DNA from: Eledone cirrhosa | Taxonomy: Eukaryota | Direction: 5' to 3' | Assembly: GCA_964016885.1 (NCBI GenBank) | Contig: OZ024741.1 | Span: 100,626,001-100,690,000 of the forward strand | Length of the DNA stretch: 64,000 nucleotides | The notes under the pieces: generated by a model | What the model saw: the letters and a program-made list of their open reading frames with translations, nothing else | Told to the model about the DNA's origin: nothing | Database searches by the model: none | Made by a program: the position numbers and the translations under genes | Shown here: one piece after another, positions 52,937 through 64,000 of the stretch | Numbering within the stretch: position 1 is the first letter of the stretch | How the letters are laid out: each line of letters begins with the position of its first letter

Positions 52937-55359
52937 AACTTTACACCATACTTTGTCAGAACATTTTAAGTACTGTTCCAAACAATAACTTCATCATTAA
53001 AAAAATTATTTTACTAAATTTCTCCAAGTCTTTTCTTCTTATTGAAATATATAAGTAGTGTATTTCATTAGAAATATGGCAATGCAAAGGTTAAGAGTTA
53101 CTCTCCAGTAATGAAATCAAAATATTGACATTAAGCTGAAGCATGGAACAAACTACCTGCATCAGTTGTTAGCTGTCGAGACACTGCATCCTTTAAAACC
53201 TCCATGCTTCCCGAGATTCGCCAACATAAACACCTAATGTTCCCCCTCCATACACATACACACATGTATATCATGACTCATACACTATACCTTCCCTGAC
53301 ATTTGTATATTATTCTATGTACTATACATGCACCTTTGACGAGTTGTAGTGCACCTGAGCAGTTTACACATTAATTTCATTATTATTTTAAGTCACTGAC
53401 AACATTCAGTGAACCCATTAATGAAGAAAATACTGAAGTGGGTTCCTGTTGCCTACTCCACGCTCAAGGAAAATTTTAACTCTTCATTGCTAACTAACAA
53501 GCTATCAGTTGATAACTAAACAGTGATCCTACGATTAGCAGCAGTACACTGTATCAACTTCAATGGGTTAGTAAGACTTTCCTAGTCATCATGAGGTCTT
53601 TTTCTGACCATGTTTTACAACCAGGTTTCTTCCCAGGTACTAAACCTCTTAGATCTTTCTTACAACATGTAGGGATATGATGTACCTATTCTTAACCAAA
53701 TCCACACAAGTGTGCTATGTGCTATAAATCTATAACATTTAAAAAAATAGTCCGAATACATTTTCTGTCCAGTATTTTTAAGATTCCAAATATTCCAAAA
53801 GATATTTGATTGGTGAATGGTGATATCATGCATTGCGATGTGATATGGCTTTGTGTCCGATTCCACTGCAAGACACATTAAGCAAATGTCTTCTGTTGTG
53901 TTGGGTTGTCCAATGCGTTATAAGTGGAATCTGGTAAACGAAAACCGTGCAGAAGGCTGAGAGAGAGAGGGGGGTGGGGGGCAGCATCTGAGTTTATGCA
54001 TACTGGTAAGAGCAGCTCTCAAATTACACCCTTTTACATCCAACGATAACGTAGCCAGTCAATAAATAGGGAATAATAAAATAAGTACCAAACTGAAATA
54101 AATACTTTAAAGCCAGTGCCTCAGCTTAACTGTAGTCAATAGTATGTAACCAGTAAATGAATAGATAGGATGTTCATATCTTTTAGTATTATTTAAAAAT
54201 GTAATATATATATATATATATTTTAATTTAGACAGATGTGTGAACCAAAAGAATTAAACTCACAAAACATCTACGTCCCTTCCGTCCTCTTTCCGTTTAA
54301 ACACTCATCAAATTACTTAATAAATATTGTATAAAATTATTACTGTATATCTTTACCGCTACTATTTCAAATATCTATGCTAAAACTGTCATTTAGAAAA
54401 TTATCCCTAATAAAACAATTAATTACCTAAAACGGAAAATATCTAGTTAACACCAAACAATATATATATATATGAGTGAGTACAGTATGTACAACGCATA
54501 TCGCTTAGCGACTTAATTGGGAGAACCGGTAGCGTTATTCTAAATGTTATGCTGTACCTACTTTACGGCATTTTACGTTTACGTTCTGAGTTCAAATACT
54601 GCCGAGGTCAACTCTACATTAAATAAAGTAACAATCAACTACTTTATTCATTTAATATTCCTGTCAATGCTTCGGCGACGGCAGATTTATCATCAAGGGA
54701 AGTAACTCGATAGCAGATTAGTTACCTCCCTTTTCTCATGGTATAGTTTATCATTAAAATAATTATTTTTCCTTTAAATTTCAACTGACGTAAGCACGCT
54801 TGCCTGCAATTAATCATATCTGCTGCTCGTACTATGTGTATGTCTTCCTGCTTTTTATCCAATGCATGTGTTTATCATTTTCCTCATTTCAATGGTCAAA
54901 TTCACAATACCAATCTCATGGGTGAAAACATCACTCCCCGTCTGTTTTTTTTTTTGTTTTTTTTTTGTTTTTTAGGAAGATATTTCCGCAACCTCCATTT
55001 TCATTCAGAATAGAATAACAATAATTAAAATGAAAGATTTCAACTCACTGAAGACGAACTTTTGAAAGAAAATAGTATCGTTATAAAAATAAAGTAGGGC
55101 AAAATTGACTCTGTCTGATAGTACAAGTATATTTCAAATTCAGTGATATGGTTTACTGAGTATTAAGCCAATGTTATCACCACTTACAACTCTGATTGTA
55201 CTTCTACCAATGAAGATTTTATATGAACTTTCATTTAGATTTTTGGTTGGTCCCATTCTCTTTAATTAGAATGGAAGAATTTCTTCCAACTCAGGAATTA
55301 GATTAATCTTTCATCCACTTAATTCTATTAAAACTACAAGGAAGACAATTTGGTTGAAA

Positions 55360-57720
55360 TCATCATCATCATCACCGTTTTATATCCGTTCTTCCACGCT
55401 AGCATTGGTTAGATGGGTTGTCCTGTTGTGGGCAGTGTCTGGTCGGCTGACCATGCCTTGCTCATACGGGAACTGATTCTGGCTTGATTTCTACAGCTAA
55501 ATGCCCTTCCTAACACCAACCTCATTTACAGAGAGTGCTTTTTTCCGTGGCACCTACATGACCACTTTACAGTGTGGGCTGGGTGCTTTTTTGCCGTGGC
55601 ACCTCCACGACCACTTTGCAGTGGGAGGGTGTGGAGGCATATTGTCTATATGCTTCAGCTTCGGCTTGTACCCATGGGGGGGTCGGGTCTTCTGTATTAC
55701 TGCGTGACACCAGAGGTCACGGCCTTTGAGAGGTGTAATTAGGTAAGGTCGGCTTTTATCACCTCATCCCAGGTCTTCTTCGGTCTCCCCACTCCGCGGT
55801 TTCCATCAACTTCTAGTGCTCTGCACCTTTTATACAGCTGCCAACCTTTATACACATCACATGTCCATACCAACGTAACCGCCTCTCCTGCACACAGCAT
55901 TTGATTCCTCTTATGCTCAGTCTCTCTCTCAATTCATTTATGCTTTGCCGTTCCCGTATATTACTATTACACATCCATCGAAGCATGCAGGCTTCGTTTC
56001 TTTCTAATCTACGCAAGTCTTCCACAGACAGTGCCCAGGTCTCACTACTATGTAACATTGCTGTTCGTATACACGCATCATACAGTCTGCCTTTCATTTT
56101 GAGGGAAAAGCCTTTTGCAGCTAGCAGTGGCAGTAGCTCCCTGAACTTCTTCCATCCCATTCTTACCCTAGTTATTGTACTTTCCGAACACCCACCTCCA
56201 CTGCTAATTCGTTCACCTAGGTAGCAGAAGCTGTTTACTGTTTCTACAGAGCCCTCCCACAGTTTGGTGGTACTTGTTTTCTGTGGCTGTTTGCTGCTTG
56301 CTGTCCCAGCACAGCTGCTACATATGAAGCCTACATTCTTAGTTAAGCTTCCTGAGATCCCGCTACATCTCTTGTGTACCCATTGTTTGCATTTGGGGCA
56401 GAGAATGGAGTTCCTACCTACATCTTTCCTACATACTGAGCAAGGCCATTTCCCTGGGTGGGATCTGGGTTCTGTTTTCTTGTCTACTTATAAGGACCTT
56501 AGTCTTTGTCTGGTTGTCTTTGAGACCCTTTCTTTCTAGTCCCTGCTTCCAAGTTTGGAATTTCTTCTCTAGTTCTACCATAGATTCAGCTATAAGTGCG
56601 AGGTCATCTACATACAGGAGTTCCAATGGGCTTCTGGTCTTAAACTCCTCTATTATTGCCTGCAGAACTATGATGAACAGGAGAGGGCCAAGAACAGAGC
56701 CCTGGTGGACACCGACCTGTACGCTAAATTCCTCGCTATAGTCATTGCTAATCCTAACTTTGCTGATTACTCTCCTATACATGGCTTGTACAGCTTTCAC
56801 AAGCCATTCATCTACTTCTAGTTTTCTAAGAACCCACCAGATATAGCACGGGGAACTCTGTCAAAGGCTTTCTCGAGATCGACGAATGCCAGGTAGAGCG
56901 GCTTACTTTTAGCTAGGTACTTTTCCTGTAACTGCCTCACAAGGAAGAGGGCATCAGCGGTGCCTCTTCCTGGCACAAACCCAAATTGCATCTCATCTAG
57001 TTTCACCCGGTCCCTCATCAACTGTGCTATAACTCTTTCTGTTACTTTCATGGCCTGGTCCATCAGCTTTATACCTCTATAGCTTCCTCTATCTGGTGCA
57101 TCACCTTTACCTTTGTAGCAGTTGACAATGATGCTACTGCACCAATCCTTTGGTATGACACCTTCTAGAATTACCTGGTTAACAATACGTGTGGTTATGG
57201 TATGATCTACTGACCCAGATGCCTTCAGCATCTCAGCAGCTATACCCGATGGACCGGTTGCTTTCCCCGTCTTCATATCTTTGATTGCCTTACTTACTAC
57301 GCTGCTACTGACTTGTACTGCTGGCCCCTCTATAGGGTCTCTTCTTCCCATGCATTCTCCTCATTTAGTAATCTATCATAATGGCTCTTCCACACATCTT
57401 TCTTCTCAGCACTTGTGAGGGCAAGCTCACCTTTATCATTCCAGATACACTTCTCTCCAATGACATCATAATTCTCTCTGACACACTCCCTCTCAATCTT
57501 GAACACCTGTTTCTGGTCCTCACGTTGCAAAACATGCTTGAATTTTCTATCCTCTGTTTCCCTCCTAGCTAAGTATACTTGTCGCCTAGCTTCCCTCCTG
57601 GTCTCTATGTAATGTACCCTGCTTCCCCCATTCTTCCATTCTTTCCATCCCTGTCTCTTGGCCTTAACTGCCTCATCTACCTTATTGTTCCACCACCAAG
57701 TCACTCTCCTCCTGTCTGTG
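55360..57720 (-). mobile_element. 5'-truncated, frameshifted RTE LINE (copy 2)
   Basis: Four ORF pieces (WWWN...; NCYKGKGD...DLEKAFDRV; GVHQGSV..YVDD; RRLRWYGHV) and a (cat)n tail at 55361. Confidence 0.93.
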
Positions 57721-58727
57721 GTCTTACTCCAGAAATATTAAATAAAAAGTAATGATATTTCCAGGATTTTGACTCCTTTCATTTTACTATCTATCAAATC
57801 TGTACATTCACCTGTGGGATTGGATAAGCTTTTAACCCTTCATATGCTATAACACGAGCACCAAAACCCTTAATTAGAAACCCTAGATATCTATAATTTT
57901 GCTATCTAACACTCAAATGTAAATGTTTAAACAAAACCCTACAACTTATCAACAATAATCTGCTAGCATCTATTTGCTCCCATATTTTACAACTAAAGAA
58001 AGGTGGTATGAGTTCCTGGAGATCTTCTAATGTTCAACTGGAGTTAACTCTAAAACTCATTCAGTAAAAATTAGGTCATCACTTCAATTCATTCATACTG
58101 GGACCACGTTAGTAGAGTGATAACAGAATTGGTGTTATACTTTGAACATTGCTGTCATACTTGCAACCCTTAAATGAACCTGAACTTGGCATTGCTGTTT
58201 TAGTAATGGAATAATATTTAATTGTGCATCACAGCTACTGCTTAAAGAAGGGAGTTCTAAGCTTGTGGAATTGTTGAGTGCCTTGGACATGGCCATAATG
58301 CAATGCCAATTACAGTCACTATTTCGGTATCAATTCTACCTTTTGTGACTTTTTCATATTAGCTGATGATATTACAAAACTAATCTTAAATTTGGTGAAC
58401 TGGAGTCATTCATAAAATTCCATAATTACTCTGGCTTCCTTTTTAAAAATCTGAACAGCTTTACAATTTTTTTTCAATTTCGCCTACTTCTTATTTATTT
58501 ATTTTAATCTTAATTCCTGTGTGAGGCTCTGCATATTTATTTATTCCTATCTATCTTCTTCTACACTTCTGTATTCTATTGCCTGGACACTCTTCAATCC
58601 ACATAAACATTCTGCTGTTTTTACCTCCCTGGTGCTGCTACTTCCTATCTTTTGAATGCTTGTCTGTCTGTCTGCCTGTCTTTTGTATAATTGCATTGTA
58701 TCTGTTGTCTTTTTTCCGTTTGGGTAG

Positions 58728-58847
58728 CTGATGGTACTGGTGGGGGTTTGGTACAGGTCCCAGACTTGCCTCCTGATCTTCAGCAATTTGGCTTCAAGTA
58801 TAAACCAGGCCGCAATTATATACCTCCCGACACAAATGAGCCAAGAG
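58728..58847 (+). CDS. DCC/NEO1: Probable juxtamembrane exon (ADGTGGGLVQVPDLPPDLQQFGFKYKPGRNYIPPDTNEPR)
   Basis: Pyrimidine tract then gggtag acceptor, gtaagc donor at 58848; phase 1-1, 120 nt, continues the frame after FN6; GC-richer than its flanks. Confidence 0.75.
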
Positions 58848-59962
58848 GTAAGCAGTGGTTTAAAGACAAAGAAAAATATAATAAACATTTTTTTTAATTA
58901 TTTTTTTAAATAAATTTATTTAAATAATAATTCTTATTTTAAAACTTAGCTATTTTCCCTACCATTGAACTTTAAAAATTTCAAACTAATTTTTGACGCA
59001 TGGTGTTTATTTCAAATTGAAAAATATACACTCAATTTTGCTTTGTTGAGTTTAAATCACATTTTGAGCTTTTATCGATTTGTTTTGCATAGCTAGAAAT
59101 GCTTATAAAAAAAAAAACAATCAATAAAAAAAACACTTAAATAATTTATATAAAATGTTTTTTATAAATATCATATCAATTATGTATATACTTGTCTGCT
59201 GTACAAAAACAATATAGGGTGGTGTTAACCTTTTGAAGAAGAGCAGAATGCCTTAACAATTTCATAAATCACATAAAAATAAAATTGAAAATATGTATTT
59301 CTTTTTTTAAAACTATCCAGAATATCATGACATTTTGTATAACAGTTCTTCATGAGTGTAAAGTGTTGTTAAAAATTGCTTAAGCTACAGACTTTTTTTT
59401 TTAAATCAATCATTTAATATTTATTCTTCATGCTACTTCTTATTGACCTTTGTCGTACATCTTTTCAAACTTACAGTGGATTGCTTAAATACCTATTCCC
59501 TTTAAAATCTACAAGACAGTACAAACTTGATAATACAAATTGCAAAACCAAAATCCATAAAAACTTGACAAAAGTTGTGTGTGTGGACCTGTTACACATC
59601 ATGGAGTTGTAGGGGTGCCAAGATAGTCTAAGGCATTTGGGGGGCATTTTAAATCTAGCAGAGCCCATCCTCTCTCCAGATCAGAACACAGTTGATTTTT
59701 TTTTTGATTTTTTTTGATTTTTGATATTTTTTTTTTATATAAATAGAGAGAGAGTAATAGAGAACAAATAAGAGATATAGGAGAAGAATCGACTTTAATA
59801 CTGGGCAAATACTATTTTCATTGGCCTTGAAAGGATGGAAGATAAATTCAACCCTGTTGAGCTTTGAACTATTCTTCTCAGAGAGCCAGAACAAATACTG
59901 TAAAAGTATTCTATCCAATGTTGTAACAACTCTGCCAATTTGCCACCTTATATATACACATA

Positions 59963-60308
59963 TAGGCATCTCTAACAAAATACACCCCGTCCCACCCCCA
60001 CACCACTCCGTTCTATGTAAAGTTGTGTTGGTGCCACACCATCCAGGCCGAAACAAATGAGATCGTGTAGGTGTCACGACAAAAAAACACACAGTCCACG
60101 CTGTAATGTGGCCGTGTAGGCAACACGGTAAAAACCTCCCAGACCCACGCTGTAAATGTGGTTGGTGTTAGGAAGGGCATCCAACTGTAGAAAACCTGCC
60201 AGACAGTCCTATGCGAGCAAGACAATCACTCTTGCCTCAAGTGGGACTACCCCCGTCCAAACCCATGCAAGCGTGGAACACGGACGTTAAACGTTGATGA
60301 TGATGATA
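59963..60308 (+). mobile_element. RTE 3'UTR-only insertion (copy 5), near-identical to the copy 1 3'UTR but in opposite orientation
   Basis: Reverse complement of 9675-10038 with few mismatches; ends ggacgttaaacgttgatgatgatgat then (TA)n. Confidence 0.9.
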
Positions 60309-60468
60309 TATATATATAACAAAGGAAATGTGTTATATATATATATATACACATATATATATATACACATATATATATATATATATATATAACAAAGGAC
60401 ATGTGGTAAGGAACCAGATGGACCATAACGCACCAAAGTACTCAATACTTAGGGTAGTAGAGTGGGTA

Positions 60469-60611
60469 ATAGGAACGAGTAGGACCCCGACGGCTGAGCT
60501 CAAGCCATTTCGACGGCTAATTCTGGACTAAATGCTTTAGTCCAGAATCATTTAGTTCGGAATTAGCCCTCGAAACGGCTTGAGCTCAGCCGTCGGGGTC
60601 CTACTCGTTCC

Positions 60612-60614
<3 letters not shown>
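60469..60614. repeat. GC-rich fold-back palindrome (Penelope-like terminus)
   Basis: ataggaacgagtaggaccccgacggctgagctcaagcc... and its reverse complement ending cctat(TA)n. Confidence 0.85.
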
Positions 60615-60648
<34 letters not shown>

Positions 60649-61002
60649 CTGGAACTACCTGTTGAAATGGCAAGAACTCAGCTGTCGGGTCCCAGCTCTT
60701 TATAATATATATATACATTGAGTCTCACTTCATGAATTTAATTCATTACTGAAGGCCATTTGCCACCCTGAATGTTCAGAAACTGAAATTATTTTCCCCA
60801 TGCAGAATGTTGAGAGAGAAATACAGTAAGAGAGACTGTGTATGAAAGAAAGATAGATATCACCATAGTAACTAACTACACAGCAAGTAATGCTTTCCCA
60901 TCGATACTCTAAGCTTGTTGCTAGCTTGTGTGTTTGTGAACCGATCTGTTCATGATACAAGGTGTTCATGAGCCAAGGTTTCACTATTTATATATATATA
61001 TA

Positions 61003-62195
61003 TCATCATCATCATCATCATTTTACGTCCGCTTTTCCCTGCTTGCAAGGGTGGGACGGGTCTTATTCAGCACAGCATCTCTCCACTCGTCACGGTCCTT
61101 CGTCATCTCCACCGTGAGCTTCAACGATCTGAAGTCTGTTCTCCGCCCATGTTTTTTCGTGGTCTACCTCTACCACATCTTCCTTCAACTGGCATTTCCT
61201 GGCACTTCTTCACCTATCGGCCATCCTCCATGCGCATCACATGTCCATACCACCTCAGTCTCCTCTCCCATACACAGTTTCTCTCTCAACACATTCATGC
61301 TGGGTCGTTCACGCACATTTACACTGCACATCCAACGGAATATGCTTGCCTCATTTCTCTCCAGCCATCGCATATCCTCTGCAGTTGCTGCCCATGTCTC
61401 ACTACATGCAGCATCGCGCTCCTCACACAGGCATCATACAACCGGTCTTTCGTACGCAGGGAGAAACCCTTCTTCCTCAGCAGAGGAAGCAGCTCCCTAA
61501 ACTTCTTCCAACCTGTCCTTATTCTAGATACTATGGCCTCGGAACACCCTCCTCCTATGCTAATCTGATCTCCTAGGTACCGGAAGCTATCCACCACTTC
61601 TATAGCGCCCTCCTGCACTTGAAAAATGTGTCTATCAATGCGACTTCTACTGTCTAATTTCCCTGTACATCTACTGCATACATATTTCTCCATACCTGTT
61701 AGTTTGTCTGCTATCCCACTACATCTCTTGTGTACCCAGGATCTGCATTGTGTGCATTTTATAGAATTTATGCCAGTTCCTTTTCTGCATATCGAACATG
61801 GCCATTTCCCTGACGGAATCAGAGTTTTGTCCTCTTTTCTACTCATTAACCTTTTTGTCTTAGCTAGGTTCACTCTCAGTCCTCTTGCTTCCAACTGCTG
61901 TTTCCATAGCCAGAATTTAGTCTCTAGCTCCTCTACTGATTCTGCTATAAGAACCAGATCGTCAGAATAGAGAAGTTCCCATGCACAGCCAGTCTTAAAC
62001 TCCTCTGTTATGGCTTGGAGGACTATAATGAACAAGAGTGGGCTGAGGACCGAACCTTGATGTACTCCTACTTGTATCTGGAATTCCTACCGACTTTACT
62101 GAGAGTACCTCTGTACAAAGTTTGCACTGTCCTCACAAGCCATTCCTCAACACCCAGCTTCCTTAGGGATCACCAGATGACAGATCGAGGTACCC
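61003..62195 (-). mobile_element. 5'-truncated RTE LINE (copy 3, divergent subfamily with a very short 3'UTR)
   Basis: ORF 62035..61319 with LLYSDDL, PHD and YLG; (cat)n tail; (TA)n on both sides. Confidence 0.92.
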
Positions 62196-62394
62196 TATAT
62201 ATATATAATACAATTATATATATATAGAAAGAGTAACACACTAGAGAGAGAGAGCATGTGCCATCAATAAAACAGGGAAACTACCAGTGTATGGAATCTA
62301 TAACCTATGGAAGGCAGGGTAGACACAATAATTAAAAATATAAATTAAAATGCATATAGTCACCTCTAGAACTATATAACACACACGTACAAAT

Positions 62395-63152
62395 CTTGAG
62401 GCAAGATTGGTTGTCTTGCTCAGGACTGTCTGGCGGGTTTTCTACGGCTGGATGCTCTTCCTAACACCAAACACATTTACAGTGTGGACTGGGAGGTTTT
62501 TACCGTGTTACCTACACGGCCACATGACAGCATGGAATGTGTGTTTTTTTTGTCGTGACACCTACACAACCTCATTTATTTAGGACTGGATGCTGTGATA
62601 CCAACATCGAAAGGAGTGGTGTAGATGGCGGTGGGGGTAGGGTTAGTGGGACGGGGGTGTATTTTGGTTAAGAGGTGCCTACTGACTAGGTTTTGCTTTG
62701 TACTTAGGCAAGGCGGGTCTTCTGTATTACTGCGTAGCGCCAAAGATCTCGGTCCAGTGACATTGTCTTGGAGAGGTGTAAGTGTGTGAGGTCGGAATTT
62801 ATCAAGTCGTCCCAGGTTTTTCTGGGTCTGCCTACTCCGTAGCTACCGTCTATTTTGATCGCCCTGCACTTTTTTATAAAGCTGTCATCTTTCATGCGCA
62901 TCACGTGACCATACCAACGTAGTCTTCTCTTGAGTAAACAACATCTGATCCCTCTTATTCCTAATTTCTCATTTAGTTCATTTATGCTTTGCCGTTCGCA
63001 TATATTACACATCCAATGGAGCATGCAGGCTTCGTTCCTCTCCAGTCTGCGTAGATCCTCTGCACACAAGGCCCATGTCTCACTGCCATGTAACATCACT
63101 GTTCGTATGCAGGTATCATACAGCCTGCCTTTTATTTTTAGAGAGAAACCTT
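62395..63152 (-). mobile_element. RTE LINE 3' fragment (copy 4, same family as copy 1)
   Basis: ORF 63099..62704 very similar to the copy 1 C-terminus, plus homologous 3'UTR. Confidence 0.92.
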
Positions 63153-63403
63153 TATATATATGATTTAATGTCCATTTTTTTCATGTTGGTATGGGTATGA
63201 CAGGTCATCATGGACTAAGTCAATATTTAATCAGTTACTGACTTTTCTGCAACAAGCTAGAGGTCCATATTTTGCTTACTTACATAGAGGGTGTGTTTTA
63301 TCCTACCACCAGCACTTTATATATATATATATGGCCTAATAAACTAGATTTTAAGCTAAAGCACTTTCTTACTGCTGTCATGTTATTCTTTCTTTCTCTC
63401 TGA

Positions 63404-63602
63404 CATACATACATACATACATACATACATACATACATACATACATACATACATACATACATACATACATACATACATACATACATACATACATACATAC
63501 ATACATACATACATACATACATACATACATACATACATACATACATACATACATACATACATACATACATACATACATACATACATACATACATACATAC
63601 AT
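63404..63602. repeat. Perfect (ACAT)n, about 50 units
   Basis: Direct reading. Confidence 0.95.
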
Positions 63603-64000
63603 GTGTGAGTGTATAAACACCTTCATACATACACACTAATCACACATCTTATTTAACAATTATAGTTTTTATTCCTTGGTTGATAATTTTTTTTTCTGCT
63701 GTTTTGTGTTGGTTTAATTTTTTTTTGTTTGTTTTTTTTTTCTCCTAAAATAATTCATTAAATTCCAACCTTAAGCATTTCCAACATAAGCGAGACACTG
63801 ACAATGACATGGGTTGAGACATACTGGTAAGAGAGGTGAACAGGCTGGTCCTGGGTTAAACTTTCTGTCATCTCTTGTGCTAGATATTCTATAATTATCC
63901 AGATACTCTCTCTCTCTCTCTCTCTCTCTGATTGTCATAGGCATGACTATGGCTCTAAGTGGTTTACCATGCAACCATGTTGTTCCAATTTTTGTACCCC

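Overview
AT-rich, microsatellite-laden eukaryotic DNA, most likely an octopus or other coleoid cephalopod (inferred from repeat types and protein style). The whole window lies inside one + strand gene for a DCC/Neogenin/Frazzled/UNC-40 netrin receptor. Fourteen GT-AG coding exons (2622..58847, about 859 codons) join in one frame and encode Ig3, Ig4, FN1-FN6 and a juxtamembrane segment. Ig1-2, the transmembrane segment and the cytoplasmic exons lie outside the window. The introns contain 5'-truncated RTE LINEs, tRNA-derived SINEs, piggyBac-type and hAT MITEs, a DD37D mariner relic, a Tigger relic, CR1 tails and Penelope-like termini. Most notable: (1) a PHD finger inserted inside the reverse transcriptase of three distinct RTE copies; (2) a complete type I hammerhead ribozyme motif on the sense strand at 7526-7596, plus three fold-back palindromes built from hammerhead 3' halves mirrored around stem II; (3) in-frame alternative acceptors with YCAY (Nova-type) clusters at the FN4-FN5 and Ig4-FN1 linkers; (4) long inverted repeats that could drive ADAR editing or back-splicing. 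All coordinates were read by eye; no database search was run.
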